DNA of 64,000 bases from Aquabacterium sp. (GTDB lineage: Bacteria > Pseudomonadota > Gammaproteobacteria > Burkholderiales > Burkholderiaceae_C), in the NCBI RefSeq assembly GCF_021768455.1, contig NZ_JAIZVX010000002.1, positions 7,765 to 71,764 on the forward strand, read 5' to 3'. Below are positions 1-9,766 of this stretch, one piece after another (position 1 is the stretch's first letter; each line of letters opens with the position of its first letter). The position numbers were made by a program, and so were the translations under genes. The notes below the pieces were generated by a model, which made no database searches, was not told where the DNA came from, and worked only from the letters and a program-made list of their open reading frames with translations.

Positions 1-301
1 TCCAGGCGATCTTGCCCGCCACAGGGTAACGCTGCGGGTCTTCTGGCAAAGAGAGCAGCAGGTAGATGTCGTCGCCCAGGGTGTATTCGCGCGTTGTGGG
101 CACAAACAGACCCCCATCGGTGAAGGCTGGGATGTAGGCAGCGTACAGCGCGCCCTTTTCGCGGAAGACGAGCTGGATAACGCTGGGGCGTGCTGGCGAT
201 CCCGGCACACCGGCTCCCAAGGCCCCGAGGCCGGGGCTCAGCCGCCCCGGGCCCGAGGGCGCAAAGGCAGAGGGCAATGCCGTCGTCTGAAAATCACTCA
301 T
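1..301 (-). CDS. pilZ: Type IV pilus assembly PilZ protein (3' end runs off the window)
   Basis: Manual translation from ATG at 301: MSDFQTT...RPSVIQLVFREKGALYAAYIPAFTDGGLFVPTTREYTLGDDIYLLLSLPEDPQRYPVAGKIAW, the typical PilZ sequence. Lies downstream of holB, a conserved position. Absent from the ORF track because it is truncated. Confidence 0.9.
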   Translation of the reverse strand, partial: MSDFQTTALPSAFAPSGPGRLSPGLGALGAGVPGSPARPSVIQLVFREKGALYAAYIPAFTDGGLFVPTTREYTLGDDIYLLLSLPEDPQRYPVAGKIAW

Positions 302-433
302 CGTGGGGAAAGTGTAAGGCCTGCATTGGGCCCCACGGCGTGAAATAGCGCTCACTCCAACGGGTCTTTACGCACTGTCACACCCCCGATTCGGAGGGGC
401 CACTCGCCCACATGTGCGATCGATCGCCCAGGC

Positions 434-1510
434 TCAGCGCGGTCGGCTCACCTTGGGCGCCATCACGGCGCGGGCCTGCAGCAGCAGGGTCTCGACCTTG
501 AGTCCGGCGTTCCAGGGGTGCTCGGCGTGCCGGCTCAGCTTGCGCAGCTCTTGCGACCAGAGCGTCAGCCGATCGAGGTGAGGCGGTTTGGGCAGGCTGC
601 TGGCCGGAAAGTAGCGCGGCGCCGCGCCCACGGCCGTGCAGGCCAGGTCGTGGCAGAGCTTCTGCAGGGTCTCGACGACCAAGGGCAAGGGCCAGCTGGT
701 CAGGGCGGTGGCATTGCCTTGCACCAGGTCCTTGGGGATCATGGGCCAGTAGCGGGCGTCCAGGCCCAGTTCATGGCGCTCTCTGGCCGTGAGCGGCTGG
801 CCACCCGCGGCCGACAGCAGCACCTGGGCATCGGTTTGCGACAGGCCCTCGACCGCATCGGCCAGCCAGCTCGCCGCAGCGGCCTCTTCCGGCCAGGGCA
901 GGCGCCAGGCCTGGCACCGGCTGCGCACGGTGGGCAGGAGTTCGTCCAGTGCCGACCCGCTCAGCACGAAACGAACCTGGCCCGGCGGCTCTTCCAGGGT
1001 CTTGAGCAGGGTGTTGGCGGCCACGAGGTTCATGCGCTCGGCCGGGTGCAGCAACACCACCTTGGCCCGGCCGCGTGAAGCGGTGTTCTGCGAAAACTGG
1101 ACCACGGCGCGGATGGCCTCGACCTTGATCTCCTGGCTGAGCTTCTTGCCCTTGCCCGAAGATTTCTCGGCCTTGTCGCCCCCCTCGCCTTCTTCGCTCC
1201 CGCCCGCCTGCCATCCCAGGGAGGCCTGAAGGGCCTCGGGCAGCACGACCTTCAGGTCAGGGTGAGAACCGGCGTCGATCAGGTGGCAACTGGCACAGAG
1301 CCCGCATGCGGGGCGGAAGGCCGATCCAGCAGGCTGCGCTTCGCACAACCAGGCACGTGCCAGCGCCAGCCCGAATTCGAACTGGCCGATGCCCGGGGCA
1401 CCATGCAGCAGCACCGCGTGGCTGTTGAGCTGGTCAAGGGCGCCTTGCAAGGCCGGTTGCAGCCAGGGCCACAGCGGCGCGCGGGGGCCCTGTTCGTCGC
1501 GGGCGCTCAT
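434..1510 (-). CDS. holB: DNA polymerase III subunit delta'
   Basis: [13 protein letters not shown], zinc motif [22 protein letters not shown] and SRC motifs; follows tmk with a 4-bp overlap. Confidence 0.95.
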   Translation of the reverse strand: MSARDEQGPRAPLWPWLQPALQGALDQLNSHAVLLHGAPGIGQFEFGLALARAWLCEAQPAGSAFRPACGLCASCHLIDAGSHPDLKVVLPEALQASLGWQAGGSEEGEGGDKAEKSSGKGKKLSQEIKVEAIRAVVQFSQNTASRGRAKVVLLHPAERMNLVAANTLLKTLEEPPGQVRFVLSGSALDELLPTVRSRCQAWRLPWPEEAAAASWLADAVEGLSQTDAQVLLSAAGGQPLTARERHELGLDARYWPMIPKDLVQGNATALTSWPLPLVVETLQKLCHDLACTAVGAAPRYFPASSLPKPPHLDRLTLWSQELRKLSRHAEHPWNAGLKVETLLLQARAVMAPKVSRPR

Positions 1511-2127
1511 GCCAGGCCTCGCTCGACCATGGCCAGGCGGATCTGCTCGGCCACGTCTGCGGGGGAGCGGGCGGCGTCGATCAGCACGAAACGCTCGGGC
1601 TGGGCGGCGCGGCGCGCCAGGTAGGTGGCGCGCACGCGTTCGAAGAAGGCCTGGTCCTGGGCTTCGAATCGATCCGGCTGGCGTGCGGCACTCAGGCGGG
1701 CCGCGGCGACGGCGGGTGGCAGGTCAAACAGCAGCGTCAGGTCGGGCTGGCGACCGGCCTGCACCCAGTGTTCGAGCGTGCCCAGCACGTTGAGGTCAAA
1801 GCCCCGGCCTCCCCCCTGGTAGGCGAAGGTTGCATCGGTGAAGCGGTCGCACAGCACCCAGGCACCACGGGCCAGGGCCGGTTCGATCACCTGCTGAAGG
1901 TGGTCGCGTCGGCCGGCGAAGACCAGCAGGGCCTCGGTGAGCGGGTCCATGGCGTCGTGCAGAAAGAGCCCGCGGAGCTTCTCGGCCAGCGGCGTGCCTC
2001 CGGGCTCGCGGGTGCGCACCACTTCGTGGCCGGCCTGCCGCCAGGCCTGCTCGAGCGCATCCAGGTGGGTGGTCTTGCCCGCGCCGTCGATGCCTTCGAA
2101 GGTAATGAAGCGGCCGGTGGGGCTCAT
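1507..2127 (-). CDS. tmk: Thymidylate kinase
   Basis: [15 protein letters not shown]-loop, [21 protein letters not shown]. Confidence 0.97.
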   Translation of the reverse strand: MSPTGRFITFEGIDGAGKTTHLDALEQAWRQAGHEVVRTREPGGTPLAEKLRGLFLHDAMDPLTEALLVFAGRRDHLQQVIEPALARGAWVLCDRFTDATFAYQGGGRGFDLNVLGTLEHWVQAGRQPDLTLLFDLPPAVAAARLSAARQPDRFEAQDQAFFERVRATYLARRAAQPERFVLIDAARSPADVAEQIRLAMVERGLA

Positions 2128-3188
2128 GGGCTCTTTCTGGCGTTGCTGACGCCGCGTTGGTACAGGTTCACGGCCCGATTATGCTCAGCCAATGTGGTGC
2201 TGAAGGCACTGCTGCCATCGCCGCGCGCGACGAAATACAGGGCCTTGCTGGGCGCAGGGTTGACCGCGGCCAGCAAGGCGGCCTTGCCCGGCATGGCGAT
2301 CGGCGTGGGGGGCAGGCCTCGGCGGGTGTACGTGTTCCAGGGCGTGTCCGTCTGCAGATGGCTCTTGCGCAGGTTGCCATCGAAGGCATCGCCCACGCCG
2401 TAAATCACGGTGGGATCGGTCTGCAGCGGCATGCCGATGCGCAGGCGGTTGGTGAACACGGCCGCGATCAGCGGGCGGTCGCTTTCCTGGCCTGTTTCCT
2501 TTTCGACGATGGAGGCGAGCACCAGGGCGTCTTGTGGCGTAGACAGGGGCAGGTTGCTCTGGCGCTGTGCCCAGGCCGCATCCAGCTGTTTGACCATGGC
2601 CTGCATGGCGCGCTTCATCACCGCCAGATCGCTGCTGCCTTTGGCGTAGGAATAGGTGTCGGGAAAGAAGTGGCCCTCGGCCGGCACACCCTGCAGGCCC
2701 AACCGGGCCATGATCTCGGCGTCGCTCAGTCCTGCGGTGTCGGCCTTGAGGCCTTCGGCCTGGGCCAGTTCGGCGCGGAAGCGCTTGAAGGTCCAGCCCT
2801 CGATCAGCCGGACGGTCGCGAGGCTGGCATCGCCACGCACCATCATGCGCAGCAGGTCGCGCGGGGTGGCCCCGGCCGACAGTTCATAGCTGCCGGCCTT
2901 GAGCTGGCGCGATTGTCCGGAGACACGGAACCACTGGTACAGCAACCAGGGCGAGGTCTCGACCCCGGCATCGACCCATTCTCGGGCCACATCGCGCGGC
3001 GTGCTGCCGGTTTCGATGGACACGTCGACCACCGGGGTGCGCAGGCTCAAGGGCTGGTGCAGCCACCATGCAACGCTGGCGGCCGCGCCCAGCAAGGCGA
3101 TGGCCAGCAGACCGAGCAAGGGACGCAGCACGCCACCGGCTTGCCGCACAAAGGAAGTGGGATACACCCGGTGATGTGGTTCATGCAT
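2124..3188 (-). CDS. mltG: Endolytic transglycosylase MltG (YceG)
   Basis: [43 protein letters not shown]; N-terminal TM helix. Start uncertain (ATG 3188 or GTG 3131); the ORF-track start 3359 overlaps ygfZ. Confidence 0.93.
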   Translation of the reverse strand: MHEPHHRVYPTSFVRQAGGVLRPLLGLLAIALLGAAASVAWWLHQPLSLRTPVVDVSIETGSTPRDVAREWVDAGVETSPWLLYQWFRVSGQSRQLKAGSYELSAGATPRDLLRMMVRGDASLATVRLIEGWTFKRFRAELAQAEGLKADTAGLSDAEIMARLGLQGVPAEGHFFPDTYSYAKGSSDLAVMKRAMQAMVKQLDAAWAQRQSNLPLSTPQDALVLASIVEKETGQESDRPLIAAVFTNRLRIGMPLQTDPTVIYGVGDAFDGNLRKSHLQTDTPWNTYTRRGLPPTPIAMPGKAALLAAVNPAPSKALYFVARGDGSSAFSTTLAEHNRAVNLYQRGVSNARKSP

Positions 3189-3213
3189 GACGGGCGTGAT
3201 GATAATGACCTCC

Positions 3214-4206
3214 ATGAGCCAGATCCAACTTCCAGAAGCAAAGTCGTGGGGCGGTGCCCTGCTTGTGTCCGACCTGGGTGTGCTGCAGGCCCAAGGTGCC
3301 GATGCCGCCACCTTCCTCCATGGCCAGTTGAGCCAGGACACCAAGGGGCAGGCCGCCACCGAAGGTCGCCTGGCCGCCTACTGTTCGGCCAAGGGGCGGA
3401 TGCTCGCCAGCATGGTCACCTTGCGCCCTGAGCCTGAAACCTTCTGGCTGCTGACCGATCGCCAGGTGCTGCCTGGCCTGCTCAAGCGCCTGCAGATGTT
3501 TGTGTTGCGCGCCAAGGCTGTCCTGAGCGACGCCTCGGCCACGCTGAACGTGGTGGGGCTGGTGGGCGAGGTGGCCCAGGGCTGGCTGGGTGAAGCGGCA
3601 GGCAGCGAGCCCTGGCAGGCCCGTGCCCATGCAGGTGGGCAGGTGCTGCGCCTGCCGGATGTACAGGGTGTGGCCCGCTGGGTCTGGGTTGGGCCGGCGT
3701 CGGAGGCCGCCACGGTGACGGGCGCCCTGCCCGCCTTGCCCGAGGCCGCCTGGCGCTGGCTGGATGTGATGAGTGGCGTGCCACGCATCGAGGCCACGAC
3801 GGTCGATCAGTTCGTGCCGCAGATGGTGAATTTCGAACTGATCGGTGGCGTGAACTTCAAGAAGGGCTGCTATCCGGGCCAGGAAGTGGTGGCGCGCAGC
3901 CAGTATCGGGGCACGACCAAGCGCCGCGCTTTTGTCGTTCACGCGGCGCAGGCGCTGCAACCGGGACAGGAAGTGTTCAGCGCCGCGGATCCGGCCCAGC
4001 CTGCCGGCCTGGTGATCAACACCGCGCCCATGCCGACGGCATCGCCCTCGGCCGGTTTGCCGGTGGACGGCGGGCCCAGCAGCGCCCTGATCGAACTCAA
4101 GTTGGCTGCAGTGGGTTCGGCCTTGTTTGCAGGTTCTGCGGATGGGGTGGCCCTCACCCTGGGCAGCCTGCCCTACGACCTGCCCAGTGCCGAATCGGCC
4201 GACTGA
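3214..4206 (+). CDS. ygfZ: Folate-binding Fe-S cluster repair/tRNA-modifying protein YgfZ
   Basis: Signature KGCYPGQEVVAR and GcvT-like N-terminus (FLHGQLSQD). Start placed at ATG 3214. Confidence 0.93.
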   Translation: MSQIQLPEAKSWGGALLVSDLGVLQAQGADAATFLHGQLSQDTKGQAATEGRLAAYCSAKGRMLASMVTLRPEPETFWLLTDRQVLPGLLKRLQMFVLRAKAVLSDASATLNVVGLVGEVAQGWLGEAAGSEPWQARAHAGGQVLRLPDVQGVARWVWVGPASEAATVTGALPALPEAAWRWLDVMSGVPRIEATTVDQFVPQMVNFELIGGVNFKKGCYPGQEVVARSQYRGTTKRRAFVVHAAQALQPGQEVFSAADPAQPAGLVINTAPMPTASPSAGLPVDGGPSSALIELKLAAVGSALFAGSADGVALTLGSLPYDLPSAESAD

Positions 4207-4237
4207 GAGAAATCCTTAACGGCCATCTGACGCGTTT

Positions 4238-4255
4238 GCCCCGTGAACACGGGGC
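4238..4255. terminator. Hairpin downstream of ygfZ
   Basis: GCCCCGTG-AA-CACGGGGC 8-bp inverted repeat; no clear U-tract, so possibly a stabilising hairpin rather than a terminator. Confidence 0.35.
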
Positions 4256-4298
4256 GCGCGACGCAGGCTGACCAGGCCTTGCGTTAGGCTTCACCCTG

Positions 4299-4667
4299 AT
4301 GTTGGCCGCGCCCCTCCCCTCCCCTGTTTCGCCTGAGCCCCAGAGGCCCGGGCGAGCCCTTTACGTCTATTACCGCGTGCCCATGGGACAGACCCTTGCC
4401 TTGCAGGCTCGGGTGCGGGCCATGCAGGCCACCCTGAACGAGGCCTTTCCTGGCCTGCAGAGCCAATTGCTGCGCCGGGCAGATGGCCCCGCGGATGCCG
4501 CCGAACTCACCTGGATGGAGGTCTACGCACACCCGCAGGGCGTGAGCGCCGCCTGCGAAGAGGCGCTGGCCGATGCGGCGGCAGACCTGTCTGCATGGGG
4601 GATGGGGCATCGCCACGTCGAGGTGTTCGTGTCAATGGAGGCCACGCCCGTGGCCAGGATGGATTGA
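4299..4667 (+). CDS. DUF4936-family protein
   Basis: LYVYYRV, LLRR, TWMEVY and RHVEVF motifs; this family usually sits next to ygfZ in Burkholderiales. Confidence 0.75.
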   Translation: MLAAPLPSPVSPEPQRPGRALYVYYRVPMGQTLALQARVRAMQATLNEAFPGLQSQLLRRADGPADAAELTWMEVYAHPQGVSAACEEALADAAADLSAWGMGHRHVEVFVSMEATPVARMD

Positions 4668-4676
4668 GGTCGTACC

Positions 4677-5678
4677 ATGTGCCTGGTCGCGTTGGCGCTT
4701 GATCAAAGCAGCCGTTTTCCCTTTGTGTTGGCCGCCAACCGTGACGAGTTCATGGACCGCCCCTCCGCCCGGCTGGGATGGTGGGAGCCCGAAGGCGGTG
4801 GCCCGGCCATCCTGGGCGGTCGCGATCTGCAGGCTGGCGGCACCTGGCTGGGCCTGACCGCGCAAGGTCGTCTGGGTCTGGTCACCAATGTGCGCAACCC
4901 CAAGGAGCAGGACGACGAGGCCCCCTCGCGCGGTCTGGTGGTGCCCCAGTGGCTCAAAGGCGATGTGCCGATGCAGATGCTGTGGCCCCGTCTGGCGATG
5001 TCTGGCTACAACGGCTTCAACCTGCTGGCGCTGGACTTCGCTCAGGGTGAGTGCTTCTGGATCAACAACCGCAACCTCTATCCACAGCGCATCGACAAGG
5101 GCATCTTTGGCCTGTCCAACGCCGTGCTCAACACGCCTTGGCCCAAGGTTCAGGCCCTCAAGGCCAGGATGAAGGTTGCCATCCCCAGTTCGGCCACGGC
5201 CGACGAGCTGGCCAACAGCCTGTTTGAAGCCTTGGCCGATCCCAGCCAGCCAGAGGACAAACTCCTGCCCCATACCGGCGTGAGCATGGAATGGGAGCGC
5301 CTGCTCTCGTCGGCGTTCATCCGTTCGGAAGATGGGCGCTACGGTACACGTTGTTCGACCCTGGTCATCACCGAGCGGGTCAACAAGCGCCTGGTCACGC
5401 ACGTGATGGAGCGCAGCTTCACGGGCAAGGCCGGCATGGCCCTCCTGCGGCGCGTGACGCTGAAGAACTGGCCCCCTCGGCACACCATGGACCCCACCGA
5501 GGTGGCCCGCCTCGGTGCCACCCTGCCGCCGGCCGCATTGCGCCACGAAGATGCGTTCGAGAGCAGCGAGGTATCGGAAGACGCCCACCACGCCCTGGCT
5601 GCCACAGGCACCACGCCGCGGCCCCGAGCCCGCAGCCTCATCAAGCCGAACAAGGTCAAGCCCCTCGGCACCATCTGA
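4677..5678 (+). CDS. NRDE/TANGO2-family protein
   Basis: MCL N-terminus, ANRDE, GRDLQAGGTWLG, TNVR, SRG, YNGFNL, LSN and YGTRCST motifs. Confidence 0.92.
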   Translation: MCLVALALDQSSRFPFVLAANRDEFMDRPSARLGWWEPEGGGPAILGGRDLQAGGTWLGLTAQGRLGLVTNVRNPKEQDDEAPSRGLVVPQWLKGDVPMQMLWPRLAMSGYNGFNLLALDFAQGECFWINNRNLYPQRIDKGIFGLSNAVLNTPWPKVQALKARMKVAIPSSATADELANSLFEALADPSQPEDKLLPHTGVSMEWERLLSSAFIRSEDGRYGTRCSTLVITERVNKRLVTHVMERSFTGKAGMALLRRVTLKNWPPRHTMDPTEVARLGATLPPAALRHEDAFESSEVSEDAHHALAATGTTPRPRARSLIKPNKVKPLGTI

Positions 5679-5720
5679 CCTCGGCCTTCCGCCAGGCTGC
5701 GTCGTTTGGGCAGGCCTGGA

Positions 5721-6587
5721 TCAGAGTGTGAGCGTCATGCGCTGGTGCGGGATGCCGACTTCGTCGAAAACGGGGCCTTCGGCCCGGAAGCCCAGGCGGG
5801 TGTAGAACCCCTGGGCGCTGACCTGCGCATGCAAGGCGATCTGCTGGATCTGCCGGGCACGGGCCTGTTCCAGCAGGGTCTCCAGCATCAACTGGCCCAG
5901 TCCCACACCGCGGCTGCTGCGCAGCACCGCCATGCGGCCCACCTTGGCCGCGCCGTTCGCCTGCCCAACGTGGATCAGGCGTCCTGTGGCCAGCGGCAAT
6001 CCTGCGAGGTTGCAGGCCACGACGTGCACCGCCTCGGCATCGTCCTCGTCCCACTCTTCGGATTCGGGGATGCCCTGCTCGCCGACGAACACGGCCTTGC
6101 GCACGACCCGGGCGGCCTCGCCGACTTCGTCCCACGAGCCCGCCCGAACGGAATGCACGGGCCGTTCGCTGGCATGGGCTTCGATCTGGGCGCGCAGGCT
6201 GTCGGGCACACGCATGGGTTGGCGGTCCGCCAGGCTGGTCAGCACGTAGACGGCCTCGCCGCTGACGATCAGTCGTCCCTGTGCCCACACGGCCCAGGCC
6301 ATGGTGAGAGAAGAGTTGCCGATGCGCTCGCAGCGCACGCCCACCTCCAGCCAGTCATCGAGCCGGGCGGGCGCGTGGTACTGCATGCTGTTGGCGCGCA
6401 TGTAGAGGTCGCCCTGCACATGCAGCAGGCCTTCCGGGTAGGGCAGGCCCACTTCACGCCAGTAGTCGGACATGGCCGCGTCGAGGTAGCTCAGGTAGTG
6501 AGCGTTGAAGACCACCTGCTGGGCGTCGACCTCGGCCCAGCGGACACGCAAACGGTGGATGAAGCTGAATTCGTCGGGGCGGCTCAT
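5721..6587 (-). CDS. YbgC/FadM-type acyl-CoA thioesterase fused to a GNAT acetyltransferase domain
   Basis: N-terminal hotdog motif RVRWAEVDAQQVVFNAHYLSY; C-terminal GNAT RKAVFVGEQG...GRMAVL...RGVGLG...LHAQVSAQGFY. Confidence 0.88.
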   Translation of the reverse strand: MSRPDEFSFIHRLRVRWAEVDAQQVVFNAHYLSYLDAAMSDYWREVGLPYPEGLLHVQGDLYMRANSMQYHAPARLDDWLEVGVRCERIGNSSLTMAWAVWAQGRLIVSGEAVYVLTSLADRQPMRVPDSLRAQIEAHASERPVHSVRAGSWDEVGEAARVVRKAVFVGEQGIPESEEWDEDDAEAVHVVACNLAGLPLATGRLIHVGQANGAAKVGRMAVLRSSRGVGLGQLMLETLLEQARARQIQQIALHAQVSAQGFYTRLGFRAEGPVFDEVGIPHQRMTLTL

Positions 6588-6597
6588 GCAGGCAAGG

Positions 6598-8340
6598 TTA
6601 GCGCAACTCGCGCCGCAGGATCTTGCCCACGGGGGTCTTGGGCAGCTCTTCGTTGCGGAATTCCACGATGCGCGGGATCTTGTAGCCGGTCAGGCTCTTG
6701 CGGCAGTGTTCGATCACGGCTTCCTTGGTCAGCGTGGGCGCGCGCGGCACGATGATGACCTTCACGCGCTCGCCGGCCACCTCGTCGGGCACACCCACGG
6801 CGGCCACTTCCTTGACGTCGGGGTGCATGGCGATCACGTCTTCGATCTCGTTGGGGTAGACGTTGAAGCCCGAGACCAGGATCATGTCCTTCTTGCGATC
6901 GACGATCTTCAGGAAACCGAGCTCGTCCATCACGGCGATGTCGCCAGTGGCCAGCCAGCCGTCCTGGTCGATCACCTCGGCGGTGGCTTCAGGGCGGTTC
7001 CAGTAGCCCTTCATGACCTGGGGGCCCCGCACGCAAAGCTCACCCGGCTCGCCGATGTCGGCCCAGGAGCCGTCGTCACGGCGGTTACGCACCTCCGTGG
7101 AGGGCAAGGGCACCCCGATGGACCCGGTGAAGGTGGGGCCCGGCTTGGAGATGTCGACCGGGGCCTGGGTGACGATGGGCGAGCACTCGGTCAGGCCATA
7201 GCCCTCCACGATGGCGTTGCCTGTGACCTCCTTCCAGCGCTCTGCGATCGAGCGCTGCAGGGCCATGCCGCCTGCGATCGAAAGCTTGAGCTTGGAGAAG
7301 TCGCGCTTTCGGAACTCGGGGTCGTCCAGGAAGGACGAATACAGTGTGTTGACGCAGGTGATCCCGCTGAAATGCTCGTTCTTCAGGATCATCATGACGC
7401 GCTTGGTGTCGCGCGGGTTGGCGATCAGGATGTTGCGACCGCCCAGTGCCATGAAGATCAGGCAGTTCACGGTCAGCGAGAAGATGTGATACAGCGGCAG
7501 CGGCGTGACCACGGTTTCGGTTTCGCCCGTGAGCTGGCCTTCGGCAAAGGCCAGGGCCTGCTGGCAGTTGGACAGCACATTGCGGTGCGTGAGCATGGCA
7601 CCCTTGGCCACGCCAGTGGTGCCCCCTGTGTACTGCAGGAAGGCCAGGTCGTCTGCGGTGACGGCCACGGGTTTGAGCTGCTGCGGCGAGGCGGCCTGGA
7701 GCGCATCACGGATCCAGATGGCGCCGGGCAGCTTGTACTCGGGCACCATTTTCTGCACATGGCGCAGCGCGAAGTTGAGCGCCCGCCCCTTGAGGTTGAG
7801 CCAGCCGTCGGACAGCAGGTCGCCGATCTGGGTCAGCACGATGCGCTTGACCGCGGTACCGGCCATGGCGTCCTGCAGGGTCTTGGCGAAGGTTTCCATC
7901 ACGATGATGGTTTCAGCGCCGCTGTCTTTGAGCTGGTGGTTGAGCTCGCGCGCCGTGTAGAGCGGGTTGACGTTGACCACCACCGCACCGATGCGCAGGA
8001 CCGCAAACAACACCACCGGGTACTGGAAGGTGTTGGGCAGCATGATGGCCACGCGGTCGCCCTTTTTCACACCCTGGGTTTGCAGCCAGGCCGCGAAGGT
8101 GCGCACCAGGCGGTCGAGGCGGTCATAGGACATCTCGGTGCCGATGCTGACGAAGCCAGGGCGGTTGCGGAACTTGTTCACGCACTCGTCAAAGTACTGG
8201 CTCAGCGAGCTGTACTTGTGGACGTCGATGTCGTGCGGCACGCCCTTCACGTAGGACGACAGCCAGATGCGGCGGGTGCTGCCATCGGGGTTGACGATGG
8301 ACTGGCCGGACGGGATGGCGGCTGCGGCGTTGTGGCTCAT
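6598..8340 (-). CDS. fadD: Long-chain fatty acid--CoA ligase
   Basis: LQYTGGTTGVAKGA AMP-binding motif, EGYGLTE, WLATGD, DRKKDMILVSGFNVYPNEIE. ATG 8340 follows a GGAG Shine-Dalgarno. Confidence 0.93.
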   Translation of the reverse strand: MSHNAAAAIPSGQSIVNPDGSTRRIWLSSYVKGVPHDIDVHKYSSLSQYFDECVNKFRNRPGFVSIGTEMSYDRLDRLVRTFAAWLQTQGVKKGDRVAIMLPNTFQYPVVLFAVLRIGAVVVNVNPLYTARELNHQLKDSGAETIIVMETFAKTLQDAMAGTAVKRIVLTQIGDLLSDGWLNLKGRALNFALRHVQKMVPEYKLPGAIWIRDALQAASPQQLKPVAVTADDLAFLQYTGGTTGVAKGAMLTHRNVLSNCQQALAFAEGQLTGETETVVTPLPLYHIFSLTVNCLIFMALGGRNILIANPRDTKRVMMILKNEHFSGITCVNTLYSSFLDDPEFRKRDFSKLKLSIAGGMALQRSIAERWKEVTGNAIVEGYGLTECSPIVTQAPVDISKPGPTFTGSIGVPLPSTEVRNRRDDGSWADIGEPGELCVRGPQVMKGYWNRPEATAEVIDQDGWLATGDIAVMDELGFLKIVDRKKDMILVSGFNVYPNEIEDVIAMHPDVKEVAAVGVPDEVAGERVKVIIVPRAPTLTKEAVIEHCRKSLTGYKIPRIVEFRNEELPKTPVGKILRRELR

Positions 8341-8425
8341 GTGTGTCTCCTTCAAGGCCTGCCTGGCTCGAGGCGAGGCGGCAGGTCGGTGCAGTCTGCA
8401 GGCTGTGGGCGAGGTACGGTGGGGC

Positions 8426-9715
8426 TCAGCGTTCCAGGATGGCGACCACGCCCTGCCCCCCCGCTGCGCAGATCGAGATCAGGCCACGACCCGAGCCCTT
8501 CTGGGCCAGCATCTTGGCCAGCGACGCCACAATGCGCCCGCCGGTGGCGGCAAAGGGGTGGCCCGCGGCCAGCGAGCTGCCGTTGACGTTGAGCTTGCGA
8601 CGGTCGATGGCGCCCAGGGGTTTGTCGAGCCCCAGTTTTTCCTTGCAGTAGACCGGGTCTTCCCAGGCCTTGAGGGTGCACAGCACCTGGGCGGCAAAGG
8701 CCTCGTGGATCTCGTAGAAATCGAAGTCCTGCAGGGTCAGGCCGGCACGGGCCAGCATGCGCGGCACGGCGTAGGCCGGGGCCATCAGCAGGCCTTCCTT
8801 TTTGTTGAAGAAGTCGACCGCGGCCACTTCGCTGTGCGTGATGTAGGCCTGCACCGGCAGCTTGCGTGCGGCCGCCCATTCTTCGCTGGCCAGCAGCACG
8901 GCCGAGGCACCATCGGTCAGCGGGGTGGAGTTGGCCGGTGTGAGCGTGCCCTGGCCGGGGGCGACCTTCTTGTCGAAGCAGGGCTTGAGCGAGCGCAGCT
9001 TCTCGATGGTGATGCCTTCGCGCAGGTTGTTGTCCTTGCTCACGCCCTTGAAGGGGGTGATGAGGTCGGCCAGGAAGCCTTCCTTGTAGGCACGGGCCAG
9101 GTTGGTGTGCGAGGCCAGGGCCAGCTGGTCCTGCTCTTCGCGGGGGATGCCCCACTCGCGCGCCATCAGCTCGGCGTGCTCGCCCATGGAAAAGCCGGTG
9201 CGCGGCTCGCCATTCTTGGGGATGGCCGGCTTGACCAGCATGCTCGGGCGGATCTGGCTGAGCACCTTGAGCTGGGCCATGGTGCCCTTGGCGCGGTTGG
9301 CTTCCATCAGGATCTTGCGCATCTTCTCGTTGATGCCGATGGGGGCGTCGGAAGTGGTGTCCACACCGCCACCGATGCCGGATTCGATCTGGCCCAGGGC
9401 GATCTTGTTGCCCACCAGCATGATGGCTTCCAGGCCGGTGCCGCAAGCCTGTTGCAGGTCGTAGGCCGGCGTTTCGGGCGAGAGCGTGGTGGACAGCACG
9501 GATTCGCGCACCAGGTTGAAGTCCCGGCTGTGCTTCATCACGGCGCCGGCGGCCACGTCGCCCAGGCGTTCGCCATGCAGGTTGAAGCGGTCGGCCAGGC
9601 CCTGCAGGGTGGCGGTCAGCATCTCCTGGTTGGAGACGTTGCTGTAGGCGGTGTTGGAGCGGGCGAAGGGGATGCGGTTGCCACCCAGGATGGCGACGCG
9701 ACGGACGTGGGTCAT
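8426..9715 (-). CDS. Acetyl-CoA C-acyltransferase (thiolase, FadA2/FadI-like)
   Basis: GGNRIPFAR, catalytic QACGTG, HEAF, GHPFAATG and ICAAGGQG motifs. Confidence 0.93.
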   Translation of the reverse strand: MTHVRRVAILGGNRIPFARSNTAYSNVSNQEMLTATLQGLADRFNLHGERLGDVAAGAVMKHSRDFNLVRESVLSTTLSPETPAYDLQQACGTGLEAIMLVGNKIALGQIESGIGGGVDTTSDAPIGINEKMRKILMEANRAKGTMAQLKVLSQIRPSMLVKPAIPKNGEPRTGFSMGEHAELMAREWGIPREEQDQLALASHTNLARAYKEGFLADLITPFKGVSKDNNLREGITIEKLRSLKPCFDKKVAPGQGTLTPANSTPLTDGASAVLLASEEWAAARKLPVQAYITHSEVAAVDFFNKKEGLLMAPAYAVPRMLARAGLTLQDFDFYEIHEAFAAQVLCTLKAWEDPVYCKEKLGLDKPLGAIDRRKLNVNGSSLAAGHPFAATGGRIVASLAKMLAQKGSGRGLISICAAGGQGVVAILER

Positions 9716-9766
9716 GATGGGACTTTCAGATTCAATGTGCGGGGATGGCGTGGGCTGCGGGGTGGC

